DNA of 64,000 bases from an uncultured Candidatus Saccharibacteria bacterium (GTDB lineage: Bacteria; Patescibacteriota; Minisyncoccia; UBA6257; JAUSGH01), in contig CAYHUD010000002.1 in assembly GCA_964360025.1 (NCBI GenBank), positions 3,602-67,601 of the forward strand, read 5' to 3'. Positions 28,117 through 37,276 of the stretch are shown here, one piece after another. Each line of letters begins with the position of its first letter. Position 1 is the first letter of the stretch. Under the pieces are notes generated by a model, which ran no database searches, had not been told where the DNA came from, and was given only the letters and a program-made list of their open reading frames with translations. A program made the position numbers and the translations under genes.

Positions 28117-29021
28117 TCACGACACTTTTTAGAATTATTAAATATGGGTTTCAGGGATTCTGGCGCAACGGCCTGCTTTCGGTTGCGACCATTGTGGTTA
28201 TGGTTCTGACGTTGATTGTTTTTGAGAGTTTAGTTTTGTTTAGTGTGGTTACAAATACCGCCATCACTTCTCTGCAGGATAAAATTGATATTAGCGCTTA
28301 TTTTAAAACTACCGCTCCCGAAGACGAGATTATTAAAATAGAACGTTCGTTAAAAGCGCTTGCCGAAGTGAAAAGCGTGGAATATCTTTCCCGCGATAAG
28401 GCGCTTGAGATTTTTGAGGAGCGGCATAAAGACGACCCCACTATTTCCAAAGCTCTTGCGGAGCTGGGCGATAACCCGCTTTCCGCGTCTTTGAACGTTA
28501 AAGCCAAAGACCCCAAAGAATACGGAGTCATCGCCGCTTATTTAGAAAACGATCAGTTCAAGTCAATTATTGATAAAGTAACTTTCAGTCAGAATCAGTT
28601 GGCAATAGAAAGGATGATTAAAATTGCGGATACGGCTAATTTAGTCGGCATTGTCGTTACGATTGCGCTCGCCCTTCTTGCTCTGATCGTTACTTTTAAT
28701 ACAGTTCGACTGGCGATATATTCCAATCGTGAAGAGATCGGCGTCAAGCGTCTGGTGGGGGCCTCCAACTCATATATCCGCGGGCCGTATCTTGTGGAAG
28801 GTGTTTTGTATGGATCCGTCGCGGCAGCTATGGTTTTTGCCGTGGGCATCCCCATGCTTCATCTCGTAAATCCCTACGCCGCGGTTTTTATTCCGGAGAT
28901 GAACCTTCTTGCCTATTTTTATGGTAACTTTTTTGGTCTTTTCGGATATACATTGCTTTTGGGTATTGCTTTGGGTACGATATCATCTAGTATAGCGATA
29001 ACTCGTTATTTGAAAGTCTAG
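28113..29021 (+). CDS. ftsX: Cell-division permease-like protein FtsX
   Basis: ATGA overlap with ftsE, and the FtsX topology of a TM, a periplasmic domain and three TM helices. Confidence 0.85.
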   Translation: MITTLFRIIKYGFQGFWRNGLLSVATIVVMVLTLIVFESLVLFSVVTNTAITSLQDKIDISAYFKTTAPEDEIIKIERSLKALAEVKSVEYLSRDKALEIFEERHKDDPTISKALAELGDNPLSASLNVKAKDPKEYGVIAAYLENDQFKSIIDKVTFSQNQLAIERMIKIADTANLVGIVVTIALALLALIVTFNTVRLAIYSNREEIGVKRLVGASNSYIRGPYLVEGVLYGSVAAAMVFAVGIPMLHLVNPYAAVFIPEMNLLAYFYGNFFGLFGYTLLLGIALGTISSSIAITRYLKV

Positions 29022-29034
29022 AGAGGGGGCGATA

Positions 29035-29997
29035 ATGAGAGAGCTTAACGTGGACTCGCGTCCTTTTGTGCGCGGGATGCAGATTGGTTGTTTGTGTAAA
29101 GACGTCATTCATCGCAATATCGCGCGTTATCGGGACGAGCTGGATAGGGTCAAAAAGAATCACGCGGAGTTTCTTGGAGAACTCTATTCTCGTCTCTATA
29201 AAATGCATTCCGTTGCGATTCAAGAGCTTCTGGGCATGGCTAATGGTTCGCAGACGGTTTTCATGGACATTTTTCTTTTGAATTATCCGGAGATGTGGGG
29301 CGGGGAATCCGGCTGCACGACTGTTGCCATCCGCAACCAGTCGGGGGCGTTCATTGTCCACAACGAAGACGAAGAGAACTGGCGGCGGCCTGATGACTAT
29401 GTTCTGGTGCGGGCGATGGGCGAGGATGGTCGCCCGATTTTCAGCGCCATTTGCACTCCGCCGGAACTTCCCGGCAACGCAGCTTCTTGGAACAAGAATT
29501 TTTTCTTTTCCGTTGATTGTATGACGCCGTTCCCAAAACGGACATTGAATGACAAAAACACCCCGCGTTTTTTTGAAGCGCGAAAGCTTTTAGAGCAGTC
29601 CTCGCTTGAAGATGCTCTGGTGGTTTTGGACAGTGATGCTTCAGCTTCTGCTTTTCATTATCTTTTCGGAGAGTTTGGAAGCGGGGTGATCTTCTCCGTG
29701 GAGAAATTCTATGAAGAGATGAGCGTGTACGCGGTTGAAGATTTTTTCTATCATACAAATCACCCCACACACAAAGCTTTTTCTCAACTAGATCGTGCTC
29801 GGTTTTCGCCCAACAGCGTCGCGAGGATGATGACGGTAAAGGCCAAAATCAAGAAGTCCATGAGGTTGCCGGAAGTTGTGTCGGCAATGCTCCACCATCT
29901 GCGGCGACCTATTGATGGAAACGATAGTTCTCAAACTTTCGCAACTATTTTTGCCGACTTGAAAAGCCGGAAAGTGTCTTTGGTTGATGAGTTTTAA
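29035..29997 (+). CDS. Peptidase C45 (acyl-CoA:6-APA acyltransferase-like) Ntn-hydrolase family protein
   Basis: The motif GGESGCTTVAIRN resembles the autoproteolytic Gly-Cys site of C45 enzymes, and the size fits. Confidence 0.5.
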   Translation: MRELNVDSRPFVRGMQIGCLCKDVIHRNIARYRDELDRVKKNHAEFLGELYSRLYKMHSVAIQELLGMANGSQTVFMDIFLLNYPEMWGGESGCTTVAIRNQSGAFIVHNEDEENWRRPDDYVLVRAMGEDGRPIFSAICTPPELPGNAASWNKNFFFSVDCMTPFPKRTLNDKNTPRFFEARKLLEQSSLEDALVVLDSDASASAFHYLFGEFGSGVIFSVEKFYEEMSVYAVEDFFYHTNHPTHKAFSQLDRARFSPNSVARMMTVKAKIKKSMRLPEVVSAMLHHLRRPIDGNDSSQTFATIFADLKSRKVSLVDEF

Positions 29998-30079
29998 CTG
30001 TCTACTAACGCGAACGATCGTTTGAGATAGTAGACATTTAGAATGGAGACAAAGGGAGACGTTGGTTAAATGATGGGCC

Positions 30080-30108
30080 TTGACAATAAAATACCGCTCT
30101 GCTATACT
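30080..30108 (+). promoter_or_regulatory. Near-consensus sigma70-type promoter (TTGACA, 17 nt, TATACT)
   Basis: TTGACA at 30080-30085 and TATACT at 30103-30108 with a 17-nt spacer. It drives the GC-rich noncoding region downstream. Confidence 0.7.
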
Positions 30109-30114
30109 TACTTT

Positions 30115-30447
30115 TACGTTGGGTGGTCTAGGCGTAGCGGCAAGCTGTGCTGAAAGCTAGGACTGACGGGTGAACTCCGGCAAGTACGCTCTGGTAGGCG
30201 GAAAGCGGGGGGTGGCCTAGAGAGGCCCAATAGCCCCCTCGGTCCCAGTGACCATCCGACCTAAAATTAGTTCTTTTTCCTCCTCTCCTCCGGGGATTCT
30301 GCTATTCCCCTCCAAGCGCACCGTGGCACCTTCGTAGTGCCCATGCTTGGACTAGGATACGATCCGCAAGGCGGATCGTAAATAACCTCTCTCAAGTGAC
30401 TCGTTGCCCTCGGGCAGTTCGCTCACTTGACCGGAGGTTGTTTTTTT
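30115..30447 (+). ncRNA. GC-rich structured RNA of unknown family (about 330 nt) between convergent genes
   Basis: No ORF of 60 aa or more on either strand despite about 58-60% GC. Strong local hairpins are visible (ACGATCCGC-AAG-GCGGATCGT, GGCCT-AGAG-AGGCC nested in GGGGG/CCCCC). It ends with a hairpin and a T7 tract at about 30440-30447. Confidence 0.55.
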
Positions 30448-30516
30448 ATTGAGCTTTCTGAACTTTCCACCCCCCTCATAAAAGATGAATAGCTTTGCGT
30501 ATTGTTATGCACAAAA

Positions 30517-30978
30517 CTATATATCGCGTCTCATCCTTAACTTATATTCAAAAAACCCCAACGACTTCCATAGGACGATTCCCGTTTCATTGCGCGCGTC
30601 AACACTTAGCTCAATATTTTTGATATTTTTCATTTTAAACCACTCCTCAAGGCGTAAAAAAAGTTCCTCGGCAATTTTTTGGCGGCGATAGGCCTCTTCC
30701 ACAAAAACATCATTTAAAACCCCGATCTTTTTAACATTGGCGTAATACGGCGCCTCTTCTATTCCGCCGCGTATATAGGCGATGACACTTCCGTTATCCT
30801 CGGCGATAAATACCGCGATATTTTTATCGTCAAACCAATCAGCGATACGTTCTTCCAGATCCTTATACTCCGCTGCCGCCTTATAGTATTCGTCTAACCG
30901 ATGGTGGAGATCAACCAGTTTTTTAACTAATTTTAAAATTGTCGTTGTGTCGCTCGCTTCGGCTTTGTGAATAATCAT
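30517..30978 (-). CDS. GNAT-family N-acetyltransferase
   Basis: 153 aa with a GNAT acetyl-CoA binding core (VIAYIRGGIEEA...). Confidence 0.75.
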   Translation of the reverse strand: MIIHKAEASDTTTILKLVKKLVDLHHRLDEYYKAAAEYKDLEERIADWFDDKNIAVFIAEDNGSVIAYIRGGIEEAPYYANVKKIGVLNDVFVEEAYRRQKIAEELFLRLEEWFKMKNIKNIELSVDARNETGIVLWKSLGFFEYKLRMRRDI

Positions 30979-30998
30979 ATATAATTAATATCACATCC

Positions 30999-32117
30999 AT
31001 GCGAGAAGAAGAAATAATCATCGTCGGAGCCGGACTGTCTGGTTTGGGTTGCGCCAAACGTCTTTTTGAGAACGGTAAAAAGTTTAAAATAATTTCAGAG
31101 GATATCGGCGGAAGAGTGCTCACCTCGCCCGATGGTGATGTGAATTATGGCGCCTATTATATCACCGAAGACTGTAGGAATATTAAACCCTACGTGGAGA
31201 GCGTCCGTATAATGGATCTCGGAGATTATCATTTCCACGAAAACGGCAAGGATTATCACCTTTCTCTTTGGAATATGATGCGGCACGGGAGCGCGCTCCT
31301 GCGTCTCTGGAGCGACCTCCGTGAATTTCGTAAGCATTTCAATGCCATGCGAGTTAGATCGCTTGATGAATCCCGCGAAAAACTGATTGAAGCCGACCCG
31401 GTGCTCTGTAAATATTATCATGGCAAAGCAGGGGATTATATTAAAGAAAGGGGCCTTGAGAAGCTGACACGGGAATTTTTAGAGCAGGCGCTGTGGGGGT
31501 CGTTTTTCGTTGACTGTAGAACTGTTCCGACCTTTATTTTCCTGCAATGTCTAATTCCCATGATCGTGCCAACGTATTCTTTTAAAATGAATTTTCCGAA
31601 AATTATGGCCGGCTTTGATGACGCCTTCGTCAAAGATTCTGTCCTTGGTATTTCAAAAACCGGAGACGGCTTTGAATTAAATGCAAAAAGCGGAGATGTT
31701 TATCGCGCTAAAAGATTGGTTCTTGCTACGCCCATGACTGTGACTAATAAGCTTATTGCGCCCCAAAAAATCAAAGGGACAATAAACTGCTCCTTTATGC
31801 ACGTGCGGGGTAAAATCAAACCGCAATATGATGTTAGGGGATATAACTTTTTTGGACTTACCGAGAAAGCCGCCATTTCCAAAGAAACTGATGGGACATT
31901 TCTTTATTTTTATACCAAAGGAAACAAGATAAGCCAATACTTTGATAGCTGGCAAGTAATTACGGCAAAATCCTGGGATCCAGCTCTGATGCTTTTGGGT
32001 GACGATTATGTAAATCATAACCCCGCCCCCGGTTTGTATCTTGCAAACGATCACGATGTGGCCTCCACCGAAGACGCTTTTATCAGCGGTATGCAGATAG
32101 GAAAACTTATATTATGA
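30999..32117 (+). CDS. FAD-dependent amine-oxidase-like oxidoreductase
   Basis: N-terminal Rossmann dinucleotide-binding motif IIIVGAGLSGLGCAKRL and amine-oxidase-like C-terminal segments. Confidence 0.7.
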   Translation: MREEEIIIVGAGLSGLGCAKRLFENGKKFKIISEDIGGRVLTSPDGDVNYGAYYITEDCRNIKPYVESVRIMDLGDYHFHENGKDYHLSLWNMMRHGSALLRLWSDLREFRKHFNAMRVRSLDESREKLIEADPVLCKYYHGKAGDYIKERGLEKLTREFLEQALWGSFFVDCRTVPTFIFLQCLIPMIVPTYSFKMNFPKIMAGFDDAFVKDSVLGISKTGDGFELNAKSGDVYRAKRLVLATPMTVTNKLIAPQKIKGTINCSFMHVRGKIKPQYDVRGYNFFGLTEKAAISKETDGTFLYFYTKGNKISQYFDSWQVITAKSWDPALMLLGDDYVNHNPAPGLYLANDHDVASTEDAFISGMQIGKLIL

Positions 32118-32145
32118 TATAATATATTTATAATCAATTAAAAAT

Positions 32146-32415
32146 ATGCAATTAAATAAACAAAAATTTTCGTTAGCGGCAGGAGCGGCGATGGGCATTA
32201 TTTATATTGTTTGCGCGGTATTTGTATTTTTTTGGCCGGACTTTTCTCTAAAATTATTTGGCTGGCTTGTTCACCTCGTTAATGTTGATAAATTTGCCGG
32301 AGACGTGGCTATTACTTCAACAGGATTTTTGGTAGGATTTTTGCAGGCAGTAGTGTATACATATGTTGGTGCGTGGATATTTGCTTGGTTGCATAACAAG
32401 TTTGTACAATCTTAG
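32146..32415 (+). CDS. Small membrane protein (three TM helices)
   Basis: Hydrophobic 89-aa ORF immediately upstream of a DoxX gene. Confidence 0.5.
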   Translation: MQLNKQKFSLAAGAAMGIIYIVCAVFVFFWPDFSLKLFGWLVHLVNVDKFAGDVAITSTGFLVGFLQAVVYTYVGAWIFAWLHNKFVQS

Positions 32416-32418
32416 AAA

Positions 32419-32895
32419 ATGGGAAAAAGTCAAAAAATGATTTTGGGTCTTCTGCGGTTCGCGCTCGGCATTCTTTATTTCTATGCCGGTATTACCAAGA
32501 TTTTAAATCCGGAGTGGACGTCCAAAGGATATTTATTAAGCGCCAAAACTTTTACAGCATTTTACGCGTGGCTCGCCAGCCCCTCTATGCTGCCGATCAC
32601 GGATTTTATGAATGAGTGGGGGCTGACGCTTCTCGGTGTTTCTTTAATCCTCGGGGTTTTTGTTCGCTTAAGTTCTGTTTTGGGAGCTCTTATGATGATT
32701 TTATATTATTTCCCGATCCTGGATTTCCCTTATGTCGGCGCCCACTCTTTTCTAGTTGACGAGCATATTGTCTACGCTTTGGTTCTCCTGTATTTTGCCG
32801 CCGTTCGCGCCGGTAGGGTATATGGTTTAGAAAATTGGTGTTCCAATCTTTTGATTTGTTCTAAGCATCCTCGTTTGCGTGAATGGTTGGGGTAG
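32419..32895 (+). CDS. DoxX-family membrane protein
   Basis: Four-TM DoxX pattern (LGLLRFALGILYFYAGITKI...). Confidence 0.7.
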   Translation: MGKSQKMILGLLRFALGILYFYAGITKILNPEWTSKGYLLSAKTFTAFYAWLASPSMLPITDFMNEWGLTLLGVSLILGVFVRLSSVLGALMMILYYFPILDFPYVGAHSFLVDEHIVYALVLLYFAAVRAGRVYGLENWCSNLLICSKHPRLREWLG

Positions 32896-32909
32896 AAAGA
32901 TCTCCAGAA

Positions 32910-33677
32910 TTAGATTATCTCTATTCCAACCGGGCAATGATCAGATCCGCGCACCCCCGGTAGAATAAAGGCGCTTTTAAGTTTTGAGGAAAAAGCTCTT
33001 GAGACAAAAATATAATCCAGGCGCCAACCAAGGTTTCTTTCGCGTGCTTCGTAAGCATAGGGCCACCAAGTATAACCTCCATTTTTGTTATCGAATTTTC
33101 TGAAAGAATCCACAAATCCCATAGAAAGCAACTCGCTGATTTTATCGCGTTCTTCGGGGGTGAACATTGTATTGTTCTGATTTTCTTTCGGTCTAGCTAA
33201 ATCCATCTCGGTATGGGCGATGTTAAAATCCCCGGTAAGAATAATATTTGTTTCCTTAATTTCCTTTAAGTGTTTTAAAAGTTGGTTATAAACCTCCAGC
33301 TTGTAGGGCAGGTTTTCTTTAATCCTGCCACCATGGGGGATATAGAGATTGATTAAGGTAAATTCTGGATATTTTAATTCTAAAATACGCCCCTCTTCGT
33401 CAAACCTGCTCAAGATCAATCTATCCTTAATGGAAACAGGTTGTTTTTTGGTTAAAACCGCTACGCCGCTATAGCCGGGTTTGTTAGCGGGATTGGAATA
33501 GAAATGATATTGAGGCGTGGTAAACAAACCAGTCGGGAAAAGTTCTTCTAAATTATTTTTTTGCGCTTTGATCTCCTGTAAACAAACGATGTCGGGATTG
33601 ATTGTCTCTACGGATTTCCAAAAACCCTTTTTATGTGCCGAGCGAATTCCATTAACATTCCACGAAATGATTTTCAT
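32910..33677 (-). CDS. xth: Exodeoxyribonuclease III
   Basis: MKIISWNVNGIRS, LQEIK, and catalytic Asp/His residues near the C-terminus (DHCPV). Confidence 0.9.
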   Translation of the reverse strand: MKIISWNVNGIRSAHKKGFWKSVETINPDIVCLQEIKAQKNNLEELFPTGLFTTPQYHFYSNPANKPGYSGVAVLTKKQPVSIKDRLILSRFDEEGRILELKYPEFTLINLYIPHGGRIKENLPYKLEVYNQLLKHLKEIKETNIILTGDFNIAHTEMDLARPKENQNNTMFTPEERDKISELLSMGFVDSFRKFDNKNGGYTWWPYAYEARERNLGWRLDYIFVSRAFSSKLKSAFILPGVRGSDHCPVGIEII

Positions 33678-33708
33678 GCGATTCCGGATATTTTTTACTT
33701 TTCATTAT

Positions 33709-34992
33709 TTAAAACGAACGGCGCGGACCGAAACGGCGCGGTTTGAAACGGGACGAAGAAGAGGGACGGCGCGGGCCGAAACCACCGCCACGTCGTCCGC
33801 CAAAACCTTCGCGGCCCGGTGAAAAAGGCAGGACACCGGCACGGGGAGGGGGAAGATCGGCTGGAAGTTGGGAAACCGGCAGGGGTTTGCGGATCAATCT
33901 TTCAATCATGCGGATATCGCTAAGCTCGGTCGGCATCGCGAAGCTGATGGCGTGACCGCCGGCTCCGGCCCTAGCTGTGCGGCCGATACGGTGCACGTAG
34001 TCGTCGGGAGTTCCGGGCAGATCGTAGTTGATGACAAGTTCAATGCCCGAAACATCAATACCACGCGAGGCGATGTCAGTCGCGACAAGTATCCGGTATT
34101 TTCCTGTCTTGAATCCGTCCAGGGCCTCGCGGCGTTGATTTAGCGAGCGGTTAGAGTGAATTTCGGCGGTTGTGAGCCCCATAGCAAGAACCTGATGGGC
34201 GATTCTTTTAGCGCCGTATTTGGTGCGTGAAAAAATCAAGGTTGACCCCAGGTGTTCCAGAAGCAGTTTTTCAAGCAGGGGCATCTTTTGATCGCGGGAA
34301 ACGATAAAAAGCTCCTGCGTCACGCGTTCCGCGGTAGTTCCCGCCGGAGCCACCTCTATGCGCACTGGCAGTTTCATGTGTGTCGCCGCGATCTTCATAA
34401 TTTCAGTAGGCATTGTGGCGGAGAAAAGCATCGTCTGCCTTTCTTTAGGAAGAGCGTTAAAAATTTTCTGGATTTGCGGCGCGAAGCCCATATCCAGCAT
34501 CCTGTCGGCTTCATCTAAAACCACAACTTTTACCGCATCCAATCGGATCGTTCTTTGCTGAAGGTGATCAATGAGGCGTCCGGGAGTCGCGATCACAATA
34601 TGTGGATTGGTTGTAAGCGCCCGCAACTGCGATCCGATGTTAATGCCGCCGATTAAGACCACGGTTTTAAGGTTTAGCGCCGCGCCTACGGTTTTTAAAG
34701 CTTCATCCACCTGCAAAGCTAGTTCGCGGGTGGGGAGCACGATTAAGCCCCGTCCCTGATTTTGAGCCAGTCGCTGGATCATCGGGATACCGAAAGCCAG
34801 AGTTTTACCCGTGCCTGTTTGGGCGATGCCCACGAGATCTTTGCCCTCAATGGCGACAGGTATGGCCTGGGTCTGGATCGGGGTCGGCGTTTCGTATTTA
34901 AGCCGAGCGAGGATATCCAAAAGCATCGGCGCTACGCCTAGCGCGGCAAAATTACCCTCGGTATTCGGCGATCGTTCGTCTGATGTGTTCAT
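33709..34992 (-). CDS. DEAD-box ATP-dependent RNA helicase with a C-terminal RGG/FG-rich basic tail
   Basis: Q-motif, AQTGTGKT, DEAD (VLDEADRML), SAT and HRIGRTAR motifs. The tail is GREGFGGRRGGGFGPRRP. Confidence 0.9.
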   Translation of the reverse strand: MNTSDERSPNTEGNFAALGVAPMLLDILARLKYETPTPIQTQAIPVAIEGKDLVGIAQTGTGKTLAFGIPMIQRLAQNQGRGLIVLPTRELALQVDEALKTVGAALNLKTVVLIGGINIGSQLRALTTNPHIVIATPGRLIDHLQQRTIRLDAVKVVVLDEADRMLDMGFAPQIQKIFNALPKERQTMLFSATMPTEIMKIAATHMKLPVRIEVAPAGTTAERVTQELFIVSRDQKMPLLEKLLLEHLGSTLIFSRTKYGAKRIAHQVLAMGLTTAEIHSNRSLNQRREALDGFKTGKYRILVATDIASRGIDVSGIELVINYDLPGTPDDYVHRIGRTARAGAGGHAISFAMPTELSDIRMIERLIRKPLPVSQLPADLPPPRAGVLPFSPGREGFGGRRGGGFGPRRPSSSSRFKPRRFGPRRSF

Positions 34993-35084
34993 GGTGTTAT
35001 TCTACAACAATTTCACTATTTTATCAACTACCCGTAACAATCGATTGGGTTTATGCAATGTGGCTGTGTCTCCTGATAAGCTTT

Positions 35085-35459
35085 TTACAGCGGCGTTTTA
35101 GTGGATTGGTAATATTCTCGGAGAGAGCTGAATAAGTTACCACTGGTTTCAAAGATAGCCACTTCTTTTAACGTTACTTGCAAATTGCGTTTGATATCGC
35201 GGAAGGAGGCATGCCATTCGGCGATAACAGTTTTGTCTTCAAGCCAGATATTTTTTAAGTCAAAGGTAATATTGTCTTGTTCCCCAACAACTTTGTTTTG
35301 CCAATAAGCGCGAATAGCCTCACGGCCGATGTTTTCCGGCTCATGCGGATCGTTATACGCGGCGTTATCAGTAAAAATTGTAACGATTAGGTCGGGATTT
35401 TTGGTGACCCAAGCACGTCCATAAATTTCTAACAATTCAAGGGCTTTTTGTTTAGTCAT
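35085..35459 (-). CDS. NTF2-like/SnoaL-like small protein
   Basis: The C-terminal 124 aa of the tracked ORF fold-match an NTF2-like domain. The N-terminal 63 codons of the tracked ORF overlap tRNA-Gln, so the start was moved to MTKQKALELL. Confidence 0.55.
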   Translation of the reverse strand: MTKQKALELLEIYGRAWVTKNPDLIVTIFTDNAAYNDPHEPENIGREAIRAYWQNKVVGEQDNITFDLKNIWLEDKTVIAEWHASFRDIKRNLQVTLKEVAIFETSGNLFSSLREYYQSTKTPL

Positions 35460-35461
35460 GG

Positions 35462-35532
35462 CTGCGGGACCTGGATTCGAACCAAGATACTCGCCTTCAG
35501 AGGGCGATGTCCTACCATTAGACGATCCCGCA
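35462..35532 (-). tRNA. tRNA-Gln (anticodon CUG)
   Basis: Minus-strand cloverleaf: acceptor TGCGGGA/TCCCGCA (U1:A72), D-arm GTCT AATGGTA GGAC, anticodon stem TCGCC/GGCGA with loop CTCTGAA, T-arm CTTGG TTCGAAT CCAGG, discriminator G. Confidence 0.9.
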
Positions 35533-35656
35533 ATCTGCTTCTGAATATTACCAATTATACCGGGAAAACAGGATTTAGACAATAGATAACGAGAACAAAA
35601 AAAACCGATAGCGACGCGCGCAATCGGCTTATTTCTTCCGTAAAACATTCGTTGAC

Positions 35657-36541
35657 TTAGTTTTCCTCTATTTTTGTTTTCCGTATTGCTTCTTGGATTG
35701 CTTCCGGATATTCCGGGCTATGTGGGCTAGTCTTTTTCGCGGCTTCTCTCATAACGTTGGCCCGGGGGTCGTTTTCTGGTGGGTTATAGGTCTCTACTTC
35801 TTCGGTGAACTCTGAGAGTGGCGGCAACTTTTTCCGACCCATAAATTGAACCAATTCTTTGTAGGCTTCTTCTACTGTATTGCCCGGACAGGAGCAGTCG
35901 CACCACGCGGCGTTTTTGAAAGGAACCTGACGGGCGGAGCAAACAAAATTGCCGAGCCAAGTTTTTTCCCAAGTCGTTTTTTTCCAGACGGGTCCGATGT
36001 CATAAGCCCTTTCCCAGCCGGGGAATAACAGAAAAAACCCGCGTTTACGCATAAATCTTACTTGTTTCCCGGGTGTAAGCGCTGATACCCACGGAGAGTT
36101 TTGTGGAACGTCTACAAACGCTACTCTTTGAGGAAAACAACCTACTTCTGTAAGTTTAACGCACAGAGTCGGATTGTAACTGAACTTTGTCCTAATATAT
36201 TCTTCTATTTCGTTCACTTCCCAGACTACGTCACTTAATATTGAGAGTTCTTTTCTCGCGTAAATCAACCACTGGTCACAGATCTGATAAACGAGTAACG
36301 AAAAAGCACAAAAAAGGAAAATGTCAGAAAAATCTAACGATTCATGATGTGTCAAATAGCGTAATCCAAAAGCTATCAAAGAGCTAGTTAAAGACCAGAC
36401 GAGAATCAGTAGTAAATGGCGGAGAAAGTTCTCATCCAGAAGACGATCATCAAAGAAGGAGTCGCGTTTAGGCATTAGCAGTCTCCTGTCTTGGGTTGTA
36501 AAAACCACCATTACTTTACTAAATAAAACGTCGTTAGTCAA
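35657..36541 (-). CDS. Hypothetical membrane-anchored protein with a Cys-containing C-terminal domain (WCDCSCPG)
   Basis: One or two N-terminal TM helices followed by a roughly 200-aa soluble domain. No family recognised. Confidence 0.55.
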   Translation of the reverse strand: MTNDVLFSKVMVVFTTQDRRLLMPKRDSFFDDRLLDENFLRHLLLILVWSLTSSLIAFGLRYLTHHESLDFSDIFLFCAFSLLVYQICDQWLIYARKELSILSDVVWEVNEIEEYIRTKFSYNPTLCVKLTEVGCFPQRVAFVDVPQNSPWVSALTPGKQVRFMRKRGFFLLFPGWERAYDIGPVWKKTTWEKTWLGNFVCSARQVPFKNAAWCDCSCPGNTVEEAYKELVQFMGRKKLPPLSEFTEEVETYNPPENDPRANVMREAAKKTSPHSPEYPEAIQEAIRKTKIEEN

Positions 36542-36584
36542 CGACCTTGTTTTTAGATTGAAACAAATCTAAACTTAAATATAT

Positions 36585-37265
36585 ATGAAAAACGAATTTC
36601 AGCCGGAAAAATTAAAAATTACGAAAGACCTTAAGGGGATGAGTTTAAAATCTATTCAGGAGCACTTTAAGCTTTACGAGGGTTATGTTAAAAAAACTAA
36701 CGAAATCCAAAAAAAGCTAGAAACCGCGGAAAAATCCGAGGCAAATGGAGTATACAGCGCTTACGGCGAGCTTCGCCGCCAGGAAACTTTCGCCGTCAAT
36801 GGAATGAAACTGCACGAAGTTTATTTTGGGCACCTGGGGGAGATTGCCCCGCCACAAGTTTTAAATAAGGAAGGCGGGGTCCCGCCGGAGGCGGTGACCG
36901 CGGCGTCGCAGACTCCTCCTCGCAATGACGGATTGATAAAAAAAATGATTGAGAAAGAGTTTGGGAGCGTGGAAGCGTGGAAAGAAGGGATGGTGGCGAC
37001 GGGACTTTCAGCAAGGGGATGGGCGATTTTGGCCTTTGATTTTAAAGATAATCGCTTACATATATATGGAAGCGACGCGCAAAATGTGGGCGCAGTCTGG
37101 GGCGCTATCCCGCTCGTGGCTCTGGACGTTTACGAGCACGCCTATTTTATGGATCACGGCACCAATCGCAAAGCATATTTAGAGGGTTTTTTCAAAAACC
37201 TGAACTGGGAAACCGCAAATGTTATTATTAAAGAGCATGGGCTGGATAAGAAACATAATAAATAA
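36585..37265 (+). CDS. sod: Fe/Mn-family superoxide dismutase-like protein
   Basis: C-terminal DVYEHAYFMDH (DVWEHAYY motif with Asp/His ligands) and an N-terminal His/Tyr region. One of the canonical N-terminal His pair appears to be substituted. Confidence 0.7.
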   Translation: MKNEFQPEKLKITKDLKGMSLKSIQEHFKLYEGYVKKTNEIQKKLETAEKSEANGVYSAYGELRRQETFAVNGMKLHEVYFGHLGEIAPPQVLNKEGGVPPEAVTAASQTPPRNDGLIKKMIEKEFGSVEAWKEGMVATGLSARGWAILAFDFKDNRLHIYGSDAQNVGAVWGAIPLVALDVYEHAYFMDHGTNRKAYLEGFFKNLNWETANVIIKEHGLDKKHNK

Positions 37266-37276
37266 AAATATTTACA

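Noticed and set aside
30115-30447. tmRNA (ssrA) identity for the GC-rich RNA
   Set aside because: There is no GGGG 5' acceptor paired to a 3' end, no GGUUCGAnUCC T-arm and no ACCA tail. No ANDENYALAA-like tag reading frame is visible.
33743-34143. Several 60-90-aa ORFs antisense or out of frame within the DEAD-box helicase gene
   Set aside because: They lie in the GC-rich Arg/Gly-tail region of a well-supported gene. Open frames here are a compositional artefact.
35460-35648. N-terminal 63 codons of the tracked ORF 35085..35648
   Set aside because: They overlap tRNA-Gln(CUG) on the same strand. Only the C-terminal NTF2-like part is plausible protein.
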